From IMG/VR virus record IMGVR_UViG_3300017963_000273, positions 3,987 through 67,986 of that record: a DNA stretch of 64,000 nucleotides; one strand, written 5' to 3'. This stretch comes from a virus. Of the stretch, positions 53,493 through 63,629 are shown in pieces (the stretch's first letter is position 1; each line of letters begins with the position of its first letter). Under the pieces are notes generated by a model. The model did no database searches, was not told the origin of the DNA, and saw only the letters and a program-made list of their open reading frames with translations. The position numbers and the translations under genes are program-made.

Positions 53493-54101
53493 ATGGCACA
53501 ATTATACGTACTTGTAGAAGATGCAACAATAGACATTACAAATTGGAACACCCTTGGTTGGGAAGGAACTGCTGCTGGTGGTGGTGGTGGTCACTCTACT
53601 GGAAGTACTAACACAGGTTCCGGTGGAGGAGCAGGTGAATATGGAGCAGGATTCATTGATGTTTCTAGTGATACATCACTTTCAGGAGTTCTTGGTGCCG
53701 CAGGAACAGGAGGAATAAATGGAGGTGCCGTAGCAACTGCAGCCGCAGACACTACACTTGCAGGTGACGTTAGTAATAATCTACTCACCCTCACTGGTGG
53801 TGGTGGAGGGAATCTTAATGGCGCGGGTGGAACTGGTGGAACAGGTGGCAGTGGTGATGGTCGTCTTGCAGGTGGAACTGGACAAAATGCCTATTCTGGA
53901 GGAGCATCTAATGGTTGCGGAGGTGGAGGATACTCTCCGGGCAATCAATCTGGTCTTTCTAATGCTGGTTCTAATAGTGGAACAACCGACACCGATGCCG
54001 CTGAATACGCCGCATGGGGAGCAGGTGGTTCTGGTGGCGGTAACGAGGGTAACGGGTCAAAAGGTGGAGCCGCTAAACTCATAATTTGGAAAATAGATTA
54101 A
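53493..54101 (+). CDS. Glycine-rich adhesin-like protein
   Basis: GGGG/GGxG repeats typical of polyglycine fibre tips. Confidence 0.75.
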   Translation: MAQLYVLVEDATIDITNWNTLGWEGTAAGGGGGHSTGSTNTGSGGGAGEYGAGFIDVSSDTSLSGVLGAAGTGGINGGAVATAAADTTLAGDVSNNLLTLTGGGGGNLNGAGGTGGTGGSGDGRLAGGTGQNAYSGGASNGCGGGGYSPGNQSGLSNAGSNSGTTDTDAAEYAAWGAGGSGGGNEGNGSKGGAAKLIIWKID

Positions 54102-54114
54102 GGACATTACATAG

Positions 54115-54225
54115 CTATTCATAGTTACTCGCCAAAAGATCGAAGGTTACCTCGCATGGAAGTGGGGTCTTGAAAATGACTTGCCGAGCGATCATCCGCA
54201 CAAGAGTGCACCGCCAACAGTATAA
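54115..54225 (+). pseudogene. Orphan 3' gene remnant (TRQKIEGYLAWKWGLENDLPSDHPHKSAPPTV)
   Basis: Matches the C-terminal motif of 52155..53489; in-frame TAG upstream and no start. Confidence 0.75.
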
Positions 54226-54259
54226 ATATCTAAAAGAAATACTTTAAAGGAAAACTATA

Positions 54260-55903
54260 ATGACATATAATGTATCAAATGATGTTGGAATGGCTGAACG
54301 TAAACATTTCATACATATTCCATCAGCAGATTTTGCTGCAATTTCTCAGGGTTCTGATCAAGAAAATTTAGATTTAAGAAACTATGCGCAATTAGTATAT
54401 ACAGTAAATGCTAGTGCAAGCGGTGGTGGAGGCGGTGCTAGTATTGTTGGTCTTAATGGAACCGGTGATGTTGCGCTTTCCGGTGATCAATTGAAAGTTT
54501 ACGATGGAGAATCTATTGCTCTTCTAACTCAAATCTCAAATGGAATTACTATTACTGACACTGTTCAAGTAAGTGCTGTTGGCATAAATGGAAATGGTGA
54601 TGTTGCCCTTTCTGGCGATCAATTGAAAGTTTACGATGGAGAAGCGATTACAGAACTTCAATCAGTAAACACTGCCCTTGACACAATCAATTCAGGTATT
54701 AAATTCGGTGATTCACCATCTATCGATGCATTTGGTAGACTTCGTGTATCAGATCAATTAACCATATTTGATTCTAAACTTCTTTATGATAAACAACCTT
54801 TGTTTTGGGATGAAGAATTAAGTGGAACAGGAACTAGTACACATTCCGTCTCTGGTGCAAATGTGACCATGGGCGTTTCCGCTAATAACGATTATGTAAT
54901 TAGACAGTCACGCCAACGTATGAATTATCAACCTGGAAAATCCCAACTAGTTCTAATGACTGGTGTTATGGGTGGTCCTACAGCTAATATTACTAAGAAA
55001 ATTGGATATTTTTCAACATCAGTTTCCGGAGATTTCACTGAAAACATTGATGGAATTTGGTTTGAGTGCGACGGCGGTAATATGTATGTTAGAGCTGCCC
55101 AAAGCGGTGTAGATACAGTAAATGTTGCGCAAGCAAGTTGGAACATTGATCCAATGGACGGAAGTGGTCCTAGTGCGCATACTATTGACTGGACAAAATC
55201 TCAAATCTTCGTAATGGATTTCGAATGGTTAGGTGTTGGTCGTGTAAGATATGGATTAGTTAAAGACGGATTGGTTTATTACGTTCATCAGAACACTCAA
55301 GTTAATAATCATACTAATGTCTATATGTCATCTCCAAATCAGCCTCTACGATATGAAATTAGATCAACCGGTGGTACGGATGAATTGGTACATATTTGTG
55401 GATCAGTTGCATCAGAAGGTGGACAAACACAAAATGGATTTTTAAGATCTGTGAACACAGCTTCAGCAATTACAGTTGGTAGTGGAGCAACAGAAGGTCT
55501 CATAGGTATCAGACTTAAATCTGATAGACTAGGTGCATTTGTTACACCTTTACGTGTAGAGGTACTTAATCAATCTAATGCCGATGCTCGTTGGATATTA
55601 ACTTTAGATCCAACTTTAGGTGGTACTGCACTAAGTTGGACATCACTTACTAATAGTTCAATTGAATATGCAGATGCAACAGATTCCGGTGATAATATCA
55701 CAGTTTCTGATAATGGTACAATCATTGACCAAGGTTTCATTGAAAATAACAATAGTGGAACAATAACTGTTGCGTTAGAAACCTTCTTACACTTAGGATC
55801 AGCAATTGATGGTACACCAACTGAACTTTGGTTAATTGTAGAAGATTTTGGAGCTGGCGGTGACGCATACCGCGGTTCTATTACATTTAGAGATCAGGTT
55901 TAA
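54260..55903 (+). CDS. Virion structural protein with a duplicated 22-aa repeat and beta-sandwich C-domain
   Basis: VGxNGxGDVALSGDQLKVYDGE x2; DAFGRLRVS, YQPGKS, EWLGVGRVR; late promoter 54221. Confidence 0.8.
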   Translation: MTYNVSNDVGMAERKHFIHIPSADFAAISQGSDQENLDLRNYAQLVYTVNASASGGGGGASIVGLNGTGDVALSGDQLKVYDGESIALLTQISNGITITDTVQVSAVGINGNGDVALSGDQLKVYDGEAITELQSVNTALDTINSGIKFGDSPSIDAFGRLRVSDQLTIFDSKLLYDKQPLFWDEELSGTGTSTHSVSGANVTMGVSANNDYVIRQSRQRMNYQPGKSQLVLMTGVMGGPTANITKKIGYFSTSVSGDFTENIDGIWFECDGGNMYVRAAQSGVDTVNVAQASWNIDPMDGSGPSAHTIDWTKSQIFVMDFEWLGVGRVRYGLVKDGLVYYVHQNTQVNNHTNVYMSSPNQPLRYEIRSTGGTDELVHICGSVASEGGQTQNGFLRSVNTASAITVGSGATEGLIGIRLKSDRLGAFVTPLRVEVLNQSNADARWILTLDPTLGGTALSWTSLTNSSIEYADATDSGDNITVSDNGTIIDQGFIENNNSGTITVALETFLHLGSAIDGTPTELWLIVEDFGAGGDAYRGSITFRDQV

Positions 55904-55919
55904 ATAAAGGAAATTAATA

Positions 55920-56198
55920 ATGTCAGCAAATCAAACAACATTTTCAAACGATAGTGGAGTAGTTGATACAATTTCAACCGAATCTGTAGTAATTACTCGT
56001 CCTGGAACACATAGAGTTAAATATATTGTTATTTCAAATACTAGTGCTAATACTGGATGGTTTAAATTTGATGATTCAAATAGTTGGATATTACTTCCTG
56101 CTAGTACAACAATTACAATGAATAGAATTACAATGACAGCTGATTTAAAAGTTAAACCTGGATCTGGTGATCCAGATGTTTATGCAACTGTCTATTAA
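55920..56198 (+). CDS. Small beta-rich structural protein
   Basis: AAGGA RBS; last gene before the terminator. Confidence 0.7.
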   Translation: MSANQTTFSNDSGVVDTISTESVVITRPGTHRVKYIVISNTSANTGWFKFDDSNSWILLPASTTITMNRITMTADLKVKPGSGDPDVYATVY

Positions 56199-56208
56199 AA
56201 ATTAAATC

Positions 56209-56240
56209 AAAAAAGCGGCTTTTCAAAAAGCCGCTTTTTT
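56209..56240. terminator. Bidirectional intrinsic terminator
   Basis: AAAAAAGCGGCTTTTT..AAAAAGCCGCTTTTTT between convergent operons. Confidence 0.9.
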
Positions 56241-56257
56241 GTGTAAATATTTCAAAT

Positions 56258-56959
56258 TTATGGAATATCAATCGGATCTCCAACACCATCAACTAATGTA
56301 AAGTTATCTACATTAACCTCATATGCATTTCCAATTATGTTGTTAATTCTAATAATGAATTTAGCAACTGAACTAGAAGTTGAAGCTGTAGTAATTACAT
56401 TACTATCGTTACCTACACAGAAAGAGAAGTTATTACCAACCCTTTTCACAATCAGCGTATTAGCAGTATCACTTGTTGCTTGTGAGATTCCACTATCTCC
56501 TTCACCATAGTAATTTCCACCAAAATTGAAATGTATTCTATTCATAAAATGATAATTATTACTACTATCAATTATACCAACACCAATACCTGCACTACCT
56601 GGAAAATCATCACCTATCATTTGAACGACTTCGTAGTCCATGCTAACGGTAAAATCACCAGTAAGGAAACTAAAATCTATAAATAATTCTCCATTAGTTG
56701 AAACCGCCCCTGTAGAGATATTAAGCTTACTACCAGTTATTGTAAAGGTAGGTTCTGTACCATAGGATGTATATGCATTTTCCTGCCATGCCCATCGCCT
56801 ATTCCAATTGGCATCTCCAACTACACCAGAATTATCACCTAATCCACTAAAGTCATCGTTTGCTGGAAATCCTGGTGGAGGTGGGGCCTCATAATATGCG
56901 ATCCCACTATTACCAACTCGTAAAATGTTTCCACCACTTTTTAATAATTGTTTTGTCAT
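56258..56959 (-). CDS. Adhesin-like paralogue 4 (N-type A + body X)
   Basis: Shares N-terminus with 56959..57660 and body with 58350..59012. Confidence 0.75.
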   Translation of the reverse strand: MTKQLLKSGGNILRVGNSGIAYYEAPPPPGFPANDDFSGLGDNSGVVGDANWNRRWAWQENAYTSYGTEPTFTITGSKLNISTGAVSTNGELFIDFSFLTGDFTVSMDYEVVQMIGDDFPGSAGIGVGIIDSSNNYHFMNRIHFNFGGNYYGEGDSGISQATSDTANTLIVKRVGNNFSFCVGNDSNVITTASTSSSVAKFIIRINNIIGNAYEVNVDNFTLVDGVGDPIDIP

Positions 56960-57660
56960 TATGCTTCAATATCCTCGTTAGTTATAATTTCAATATAGTC
57001 TATATACTCTTCGTATGTTGAAGGTACAGGTAGACCTACTGCGTAACCATAAATATAAAATTTCCACGGTACTGGAGGATAGTAATTGTTTGTAGACAAT
57101 GCGGTGTAATTGATACCGTCTGTGCTGTAAAGACACTCGGTATAGGTTCCTACACGAGTTATCCTTAAATAGTAGGACGTTGCAGTGAAAGGTAAAACTG
57201 GAGATGGATATGAATGTAGTGAGTCGCCGACACCTGATTTGTTTTCTCTACTAATAAACGGACCAGTCTCTGGGTCATCTACAGAAGGAGTCCATCCGAT
57301 ACTAAGGAAAATTCCTTCGCCACTTGGGAAACTAGCATTTTCATGCCGAGCCTTCACAGTGAACGTGAAATCTCCATCATAAGCATTTCCAATGTTATAA
57401 CCATAATGACCTCCGAAATCGACAAAATTTGTTGCTAATTTTAATTCATCACTAACTACTAAAGTATCGTAATCATTATTATTTACACTTGGTGTATATC
57501 TAGCCAGTGAAACTGCATCTCCCCACGTAGTGGTACTACCAGGGCTTCCGTCAAAATTATCTCTTAACGTAAATGTTGGAGTTGGAGCTTCATAAAATAC
57601 AAATCCATTAGAACCAGTTCTTAATATGTTTCCACCGCTTTTTAATAATTGTTTTGCCAT
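56959..57660 (-). CDS. Adhesin-like paralogue 3 (N-type A + body Y)
   Basis: YLRITRVG..YSTDG beta-sandwich motif. Confidence 0.75.
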   Translation of the reverse strand: MAKQLLKSGGNILRTGSNGFVFYEAPTPTFTLRDNFDGSPGSTTTWGDAVSLARYTPSVNNNDYDTLVVSDELKLATNFVDFGGHYGYNIGNAYDGDFTFTVKARHENASFPSGEGIFLSIGWTPSVDDPETGPFISRENKSGVGDSLHSYPSPVLPFTATSYYLRITRVGTYTECLYSTDGINYTALSTNNYYPPVPWKFYIYGYAVGLPVPSTYEEYIDYIEIITNEDIEA

Positions 57661-58340
57661 TATGCTTCAATATCCTCGTTAGTTACAATTTCAATCCAAT
57701 CATAGAATGACGTTGCCTCAAATCCAAAATAGCTACCAAAGAGTCCAAGGTAGTATGTTCCAGCAAAAGAAGCTGTGTACGTAGATAATTCGTTATACGT
57801 TACGTTATCTGTGCTATATTCCATCCAAGTATTGATCCCTTCTCTTCTTATTCTAAGATAGAAAGATGTAGGAGCAAATGCGATGCTACCGCCTTGACTT
57901 CGCAACTCCCTTGTAGCTCCATTACCATACATTGAAATATAGGTATTTTGTGGACCATCTATTGCATTATAGGCGAGCTGTATTCCACAGAATGAAGATT
58001 CTCCGCCAGTTCCATTAACCGTATATCGACATTTAGCTGTCATAGTGAAGTCTCCGTTAAAACCATTACCAATACCGATATTATACTGACCTACAAAAGT
58101 ATTATATGCTACTGAAAGTTCTTCTCCGCCAACTACTGAAATTGAATAACCACTGTTGCTTCCAGCTTCAGTGTATCTAGCTAACCATACTGCATCTCCA
58201 TAAGACGTGGTACTTCCAGCAGTCCCATCAAAATCATCTCTTAATGTAAATGTTGGTAATGGTGGAGGTGGAATTATTAGATCAAAAGGCGATCCACCTA
58301 AATTCAATGATCTTCCGTTTTTGTCGTATAATAAACCCAT
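57660..58340 (-). CDS. Adhesin-like paralogue 2 (N-type B + body Y)
   Basis: YLRIRREG..YSTDN; same C-terminus TNEDIEA as paralogue 3. Confidence 0.75.
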   Translation of the reverse strand: MGLLYDKNGRSLNLGGSPFDLIIPPPPLPTFTLRDDFDGTAGSTTSYGDAVWLARYTEAGSNSGYSISVVGGEELSVAYNTFVGQYNIGIGNGFNGDFTMTAKCRYTVNGTGGESSFCGIQLAYNAIDGPQNTYISMYGNGATRELRSQGGSIAFAPTSFYLRIRREGINTWMEYSTDNVTYNELSTYTASFAGTYYLGLFGSYFGFEATSFYDWIEIVTNEDIEA

Positions 58341-58349
58341 GTTAATTCC

Positions 58350-59012
58350 TTATGTACGAGGTATATATTTAGGATTACCATTCCCATCAAGAACAGTAAT
58401 ACTATCAATAGTCATTTCTTTAGTAGAACCAGATTGATTTGCCAAATGAATGAAGATAGTTTCATTAATAGGAGTTAATTCCCCGTCTATTAAATTACCA
58501 AGATGTGTCCAACCAGATCCTTCATCATATTCAGCTACCCAAATGGTACCATTATGTCTAACGCGAAGTGAACAATTTGTACCATTAAATGCTGTAGGAA
58601 CACCATCAAGAGCAATGTTCTGACCACCGGCAACTCTGCCTGCACTAATTCGATATTCTGTAACTCCAATTTCTAATTCCCACGTGAAATAAATATCATT
58701 AGATCCATCATTCGGAATAGTAATATTATTTATTTGAAATGTTCCTATGGGCGTATCGTCCATATTAGCTTCAATTCTACCTTTATTGGTATTCCCACCA
58801 TTACTTCTCAAAACTAGTTTATCATTTTCAATTAAAACATTCGACACGGTGCCTTGTGCAGTCCAACGTCTATTCCAATTATCATCTCCAACAACACTTG
58901 AATTATGTCCAACACCATTAAAAAAATCACTAAGAGGAAAATATCTTTGGAACGAAAGTATTCCACTTCCCAAATTAATTGGCTTTCCAGCCTTTGTTCT
59001 AAAAATTGCCAT
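58350..59012 (-). CDS. Adhesin-like paralogue 1 (N-type B + body X)
   Basis: NSSVVGDDNWNRRW shared with paralogue 4. Confidence 0.75.
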   Translation of the reverse strand: MAIFRTKAGKPINLGSGILSFQRYFPLSDFFNGVGHNSSVVGDDNWNRRWTAQGTVSNVLIENDKLVLRSNGGNTNKGRIEANMDDTPIGTFQINNITIPNDGSNDIYFTWELEIGVTEYRISAGRVAGGQNIALDGVPTAFNGTNCSLRVRHNGTIWVAEYDEGSGWTHLGNLIDGELTPINETIFIHLANQSGSTKEMTIDSITVLDGNGNPKYIPRT

Positions 59013-59032
59013 GTTAAATCCTTTTAGTCTAT

Positions 59033-61675
59033 TTATGATATTCCGTATTTATTCATAAGAATAGATTCAATAGTTTCCATACTATCTAAAGTATCTCTAA
59101 TAAGAATTCCACCAATATTATCACTCCAATAATTACCCTCAATTCCAGGATCGCTTCCATCTCCCATTTCTAAATCAAATGTATTGGTAACATCAAGTAC
59201 TGATGTTGGATTTTGTGATGAACTAAATACTTCTTCAGTACCATTGATGCGAAGTCTGAGTCCGGTAGAACCATCTCGGATAGCAGTAATAAGTTTTATA
59301 TTACCATCATCAATCTCATTAGTAGAAGCCGCATAACTTCTAGTTCCAGATCCATCTGAACATTCAAAAAATACTAATCCAGTTGCACTCATATTAAGTA
59401 AGAATCCGTCTTCATTTCCTCCAGTGAGATCATATTTTTCAATAATAGTTTCTGTTCTTGAAGTAACCGTTCTTCGCACAATTGCAAATATTACAAATGT
59501 GTCAGTTCCAAAATCCATATTAGTAAGATTCGCATTTGCTACACTCATAGAATCATTTATGCCATCAAAACTTTCTACGGCCAAAGTCGTAATTTCGTTA
59601 CTAGGTTTGTATAATGGTTGTTTAGAACTATCTGTTTGAGTAATATCATTTTCGTTAGTGCTAATATCTGGAATAATTGGAGTTTCACCAGTATCCGTAT
59701 TAACGTAAAGTGTTTCATTACTACCATTAAGAATAGCCTCTTCAAAATGTGCATTAAATGTCGGAGAACCATCATCATTATATGTTTTAAGAGTTATTCC
59801 AGTATAGTCTGATGAATTAGTTCCAGACGCCATTGTTATCCATGCAGAGCCATTCCATCTTTCTGCATATAAAGTCGTTCCAGTTCTGCGCCAGCGTACT
59901 TTATCGGTTGTTAAATCAGCTACGTCTGTATTGTAAATAGTTTGTGAACTATTTACTCGAATAACATATTGTGTAGTAGAACTAGTCTTTTGATAGAAAA
60001 TATCACAAGCTCCACCAGAAGCCATTAGAGCATCAGTTCCTATTGCTATTGATGATGATGGAGAAAATATATTGTCCCATGACCAATCAACTTCTTGTGT
60101 AAAGTCTTCAGAATATGCAAGCGTAGGTCTAGTAGCAATGGTTCGATTTCCATTCACATTTAACCAAGAAACTAAACCGCTAGAAACTTGTGGTGCTGTA
60201 CCTTCTGTAACATTCCATCTTCGGGTATTGAAATTGTTATCTTCAAAGGTATCACCTACAGTAATTGCATATGACGGTTTCGCATCATCAATAATGCGAG
60301 TAGCGTTATCACTTCCATTAAAATTAAGAGCTAGAACCGAATTAGAATCAGTTGTAATATCACTAGTACGAGATTCTGGTGTAAAGCTAGTCCCATCTGG
60401 ATAACGACATAGATTTTTAGTAATATGTACTCGCGCAATTTTACCATTAAATCTAGCACCTGTTGTGCCGAGATGAACTTCGTATGTTCCACCAATAGTA
60501 AATGGTGCCGCTTGATTACCTATAACTGCGGATGATACAGAACTTGTACCCACTTGTATCCCATTCACATAACAACGCATTGTACCACCTTGGCGGGTTA
60601 ATGCGACATGTGACCAAGTATCATCTGGAACACTTCCCACACTTGTGATATTGTATCCAAAAGAAGATGAATATATTAAACAAGATATTGTATTATTAGT
60701 TTCAACACGGAACGACCATGATTCTTGAGCAACAGTAGCCCCAGAACCTGCTGACATAATGTATCCAATTCCACCAGCGGCATTCGTTGGGTTTATCCAA
60801 CATTCAGCAGTAAAGTCATCATCATCTACATCCCAATCAGATGAATCGGGAAGATCAACATAATCTGATCCATCAAGATTCAAAACTCTATCGACAATAT
60901 TTGCATCATCATATAATCTAACTGTATGTTGACTATCACTTGAATCTGCAATACCTTCGGCACCCTCATAATTTAAGGCTAAAATAGTATATTCGTCAAC
61001 TGTAAGTTCTGTTGGCAAATTGCTAGAAAAATCTGCTGTCCATCTAGCAATACCATGTGACATTGAAGTCAATCTATAATCAGCATAAATATGTGTATCA
61101 GTAAATCCTGTTCGTTTAAATCTTCCAATCTCAATTGCTGTTGCTCCTAATGAAGGGAAAGTAACTGCTGTAGTACTACTATCAACAATGACACCATCTC
61201 TAAATAATTTAAAATCATTACCAGAACGTGTAACCGCTACATGATATTCAGTACCTATAGTCCACGTTAATGCAACACTCTCCAGATTAATTTCAAATAC
61301 ATTACCACGTTCGACATAAAATGCCATTCTACCATCAGTTAACACGTAAAGATGCCATCTATTAGTTTCACCAATTTCAGCTTCAAAAATACCAGCTAAA
61401 TCATCATTAAACCCAGTTTGTGGAGTAATGTATGTTTGCATTGTAAAATCGTTAGTAAAATTCGCATCAGACGTGGCATTAGTTTCTATACGTCCTGGAT
61501 TACAAACTAATGTTCCATTACCATTTAATTGAGCACTATCATATGCAGTCATTATATGTCTTGAAGCATTTTCAGCCTCTAACCATAATGTCCACATATA
61601 ATCGTTAAGTGATGGAGGTATTCCAGCATGCGCCTTAAAGAACGCAGGTGACCATCTAAATCTTCGTAATCCCAT
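59033..61675 (-). CDS. Multi-LamG/ConA-like lectin domain virion protein
   Basis: DFTAECWI, WSHVALTR.G..YVNG, YHVAVTRSG..LFRDG motifs. Confidence 0.85.
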   Translation of the reverse strand: MGLRRFRWSPAFFKAHAGIPPSLNDYMWTLWLEAENASRHIMTAYDSAQLNGNGTLVCNPGRIETNATSDANFTNDFTMQTYITPQTGFNDDLAGIFEAEIGETNRWHLYVLTDGRMAFYVERGNVFEINLESVALTWTIGTEYHVAVTRSGNDFKLFRDGVIVDSSTTAVTFPSLGATAIEIGRFKRTGFTDTHIYADYRLTSMSHGIARWTADFSSNLPTELTVDEYTILALNYEGAEGIADSSDSQHTVRLYDDANIVDRVLNLDGSDYVDLPDSSDWDVDDDDFTAECWINPTNAAGGIGYIMSAGSGATVAQESWSFRVETNNTISCLIYSSSFGYNITSVGSVPDDTWSHVALTRQGGTMRCYVNGIQVGTSSVSSAVIGNQAAPFTIGGTYEVHLGTTGARFNGKIARVHITKNLCRYPDGTSFTPESRTSDITTDSNSVLALNFNGSDNATRIIDDAKPSYAITVGDTFEDNNFNTRRWNVTEGTAPQVSSGLVSWLNVNGNRTIATRPTLAYSEDFTQEVDWSWDNIFSPSSSIAIGTDALMASGGACDIFYQKTSSTTQYVIRVNSSQTIYNTDVADLTTDKVRWRRTGTTLYAERWNGSAWITMASGTNSSDYTGITLKTYNDDGSPTFNAHFEEAILNGSNETLYVNTDTGETPIIPDISTNENDITQTDSSKQPLYKPSNEITTLAVESFDGINDSMSVANANLTNMDFGTDTFVIFAIVRRTVTSRTETIIEKYDLTGGNEDGFLLNMSATGLVFFECSDGSGTRSYAASTNEIDDGNIKLITAIRDGSTGLRLRINGTEEVFSSSQNPTSVLDVTNTFDLEMGDGSDPGIEGNYWSDNIGGILIRDTLDSMETIESILMNKYGIS

Positions 61676-61676
61676 A

Positions 61677-63629
61677 TTAATTTATTCCATATTTTGCTTG
61701 TAAGTATTGATTAACTCTTCTAAAATCTTTCTGATCTATTCTACCATTGTAAATGAGCATTGCCATTAAACCACCTGTCCAATTTCTACCAATTTCAAAT
61801 GGACCAGCATTAAACGTTGATATATAATTAGTTGCGTCTACTGCTTCAATAAGCGTACCATTAACGTATAGTCTTAGTTCATTTGCAACTGAGTCAACTG
61901 CTACTGCGAAAACTGCTTTACCATTTGGTATATCATATATAATTTCTTTTGCTGGACCTTGGTATTGTAAAACAATATCAAGACCAACATCGTCATTTAT
62001 GATAGATAGTCCAGTTCCACCACCTGCAGTATCGAGCATAGCAAGGATATATCTAAATCCTGCAGTATTTGTCTGAAAATCTATTGCCCCAAATACTGTA
62101 TAATCTTCTTGTAGATCTATATTAATGTCAGTGAAGAATAATATATCTGATCCATCAAAGTCAACAGTTTCATTATCAATATCATATGATAAAGTTCCAG
62201 TATTAAGCACCATATCGTTAGTAGTATTACTTTGGTCTATGATACGTTCTACGTAATTAGCACTAAAATCATTCGCGGCACTGAAAGTTATTTCCTTTCC
62301 GTTTGAATCAACTACCGAAAAATTTGAAATTTCTGAAGTAGTTGTTCCACTACTATTACTAATCTCTTGGAAAAAATGACCAGTAACATTACCAGAGTTA
62401 GTTTCACTTCTTAGTGTTACCCAGCCTGCACCAATATTGTATTCACAATAAACCATATTGCTTGCATCTCTTCGTATTCTAAAATCTGCTTCCGTAACTG
62501 CAGTTACGAATGTGCTAGAACCACTTGGCGTTGTTGCGACAAAACCACCAGAACTTTCATTCCTTTCCATTACAAATGAACCGCCAACGAGACCAAGTGT
62601 GAATACTGCACTCCTAGCACTAGAACCTGCGGCAGTTTGATTCCAATGATATGATATGGTAAATACTGTATTACTAAATGAACTGCTTTCACCAGCTAAC
62701 CACTGTCCAGTTGTTGTATCAGACATAGTTAGAACACCAGTTGATGTTAAAGTAGGAAATCCAGTAACACCACCAAATACCGATGTATATTTACGTTTAT
62801 CTATCGCACTAGATCCTTCTTCACTAAATGATCCAATTTTGTAAGTAACTGTAGTTAAAGATTCTTCTGCAATACTACTAGATATTACTGAGTTAAAATT
62901 ACATAAGGCTAATGTGTAGGCATCTGGTTCAATTATCACATCTCGTGGTATCACTCTCATAGTAGGTCTTCCATAACCTCTATCAGTACCAACAGAAAGA
63001 TGAAGTCTTCCAATTTCACCATTCCAATAATTAGTATTACTTTGCGTTTTTCCGATACACAATTTAGAATTACCACCTGCAATATTAGAGAAATCGCCAG
63101 TTGAAGATGCAACTTTGATTCCATTAACATAAAGTGAGTTTTTACCATCTGCTGTACATGCGGCAAAATGAACCCATTCACCTACATAAGTTGCAAAGTC
63201 TGTAGTATCTGAAAGAATATGAGGTGTAGCATCAAACTGAAATTCTAGAACATGTTTTGCTCCGTCCCATGCAACTCTTATTATATTATAGTTTTCGTCA
63301 ATGACGGTAAATGTATTTGTACCCAAAGCTCCAGTTAATTTAATCCATCCCTCAATGGCAAAATTACCCTCCATAGAACTTCCCCAGTCATTAATTTCTA
63401 CAGCATCGGAAGTACTACGAGTTAAAACAAGAGACTTTTCAGTAGTGTCTATGTATGCACTGTTATTAACCGTAACATCGCGACCATTAGAACGTTCAGA
63501 TTCAATCCAGACTTCCCAATCTACCGTATCCAATGAATAAGGAAAAGTTACGCCTTTCCCATTTCGTTGAACATTATATATTGTTCCGTTACGTTCAACG
63601 GTAATCGGAAGATTTAGATATCCACTCAT
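61677..63629 (-). CDS. LamG/ConA-like domain virion protein
   Basis: NFAIEGWIK, WVHFA..LYVNG..IG..WNGEI; ends YLQAKYGI. Confidence 0.85.
   Translation of the reverse strand: MSGYLNLPITVERNGTIYNVQRNGKGVTFPYSLDTVDWEVWIESERSNGRDVTVNNSAYIDTTEKSLVLTRSTSDAVEINDWGSSMEGNFAIEGWIKLTGALGTNTFTVIDENYNIIRVAWDGAKHVLEFQFDATPHILSDTTDFATYVGEWVHFAACTADGKNSLYVNGIKVASSTGDFSNIAGGNSKLCIGKTQSNTNYWNGEIGRLHLSVGTDRGYGRPTMRVIPRDVIIEPDAYTLALCNFNSVISSSIAEESLTTVTYKIGSFSEEGSSAIDKRKYTSVFGGVTGFPTLTSTGVLTMSDTTTGQWLAGESSSFSNTVFTISYHWNQTAAGSSARSAVFTLGLVGGSFVMERNESSGGFVATTPSGSSTFVTAVTEADFRIRRDASNMVYCEYNIGAGWVTLRSETNSGNVTGHFFQEISNSSGTTTSEISNFSVVDSNGKEITFSAANDFSANYVERIIDQSNTTNDMVLNTGTLSYDIDNETVDFDGSDILFFTDINIDLQEDYTVFGAIDFQTNTAGFRYILAMLDTAGGGTGLSIINDDVGLDIVLQYQGPAKEIIYDIPNGKAVFAVAVDSVANELRLYVNGTLIEAVDATNYISTFNAGPFEIGRNWTGGLMAMLIYNGRIDQKDFRRVNQYLQAKYGIN

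Noticed and set aside
56258-59012. Diversity-generating retroelement or invertible shufflon
   Set aside because: No reverse transcriptase or recombinase, no adenine-specific TR/VR pair and no inverted repeats seen in the window.
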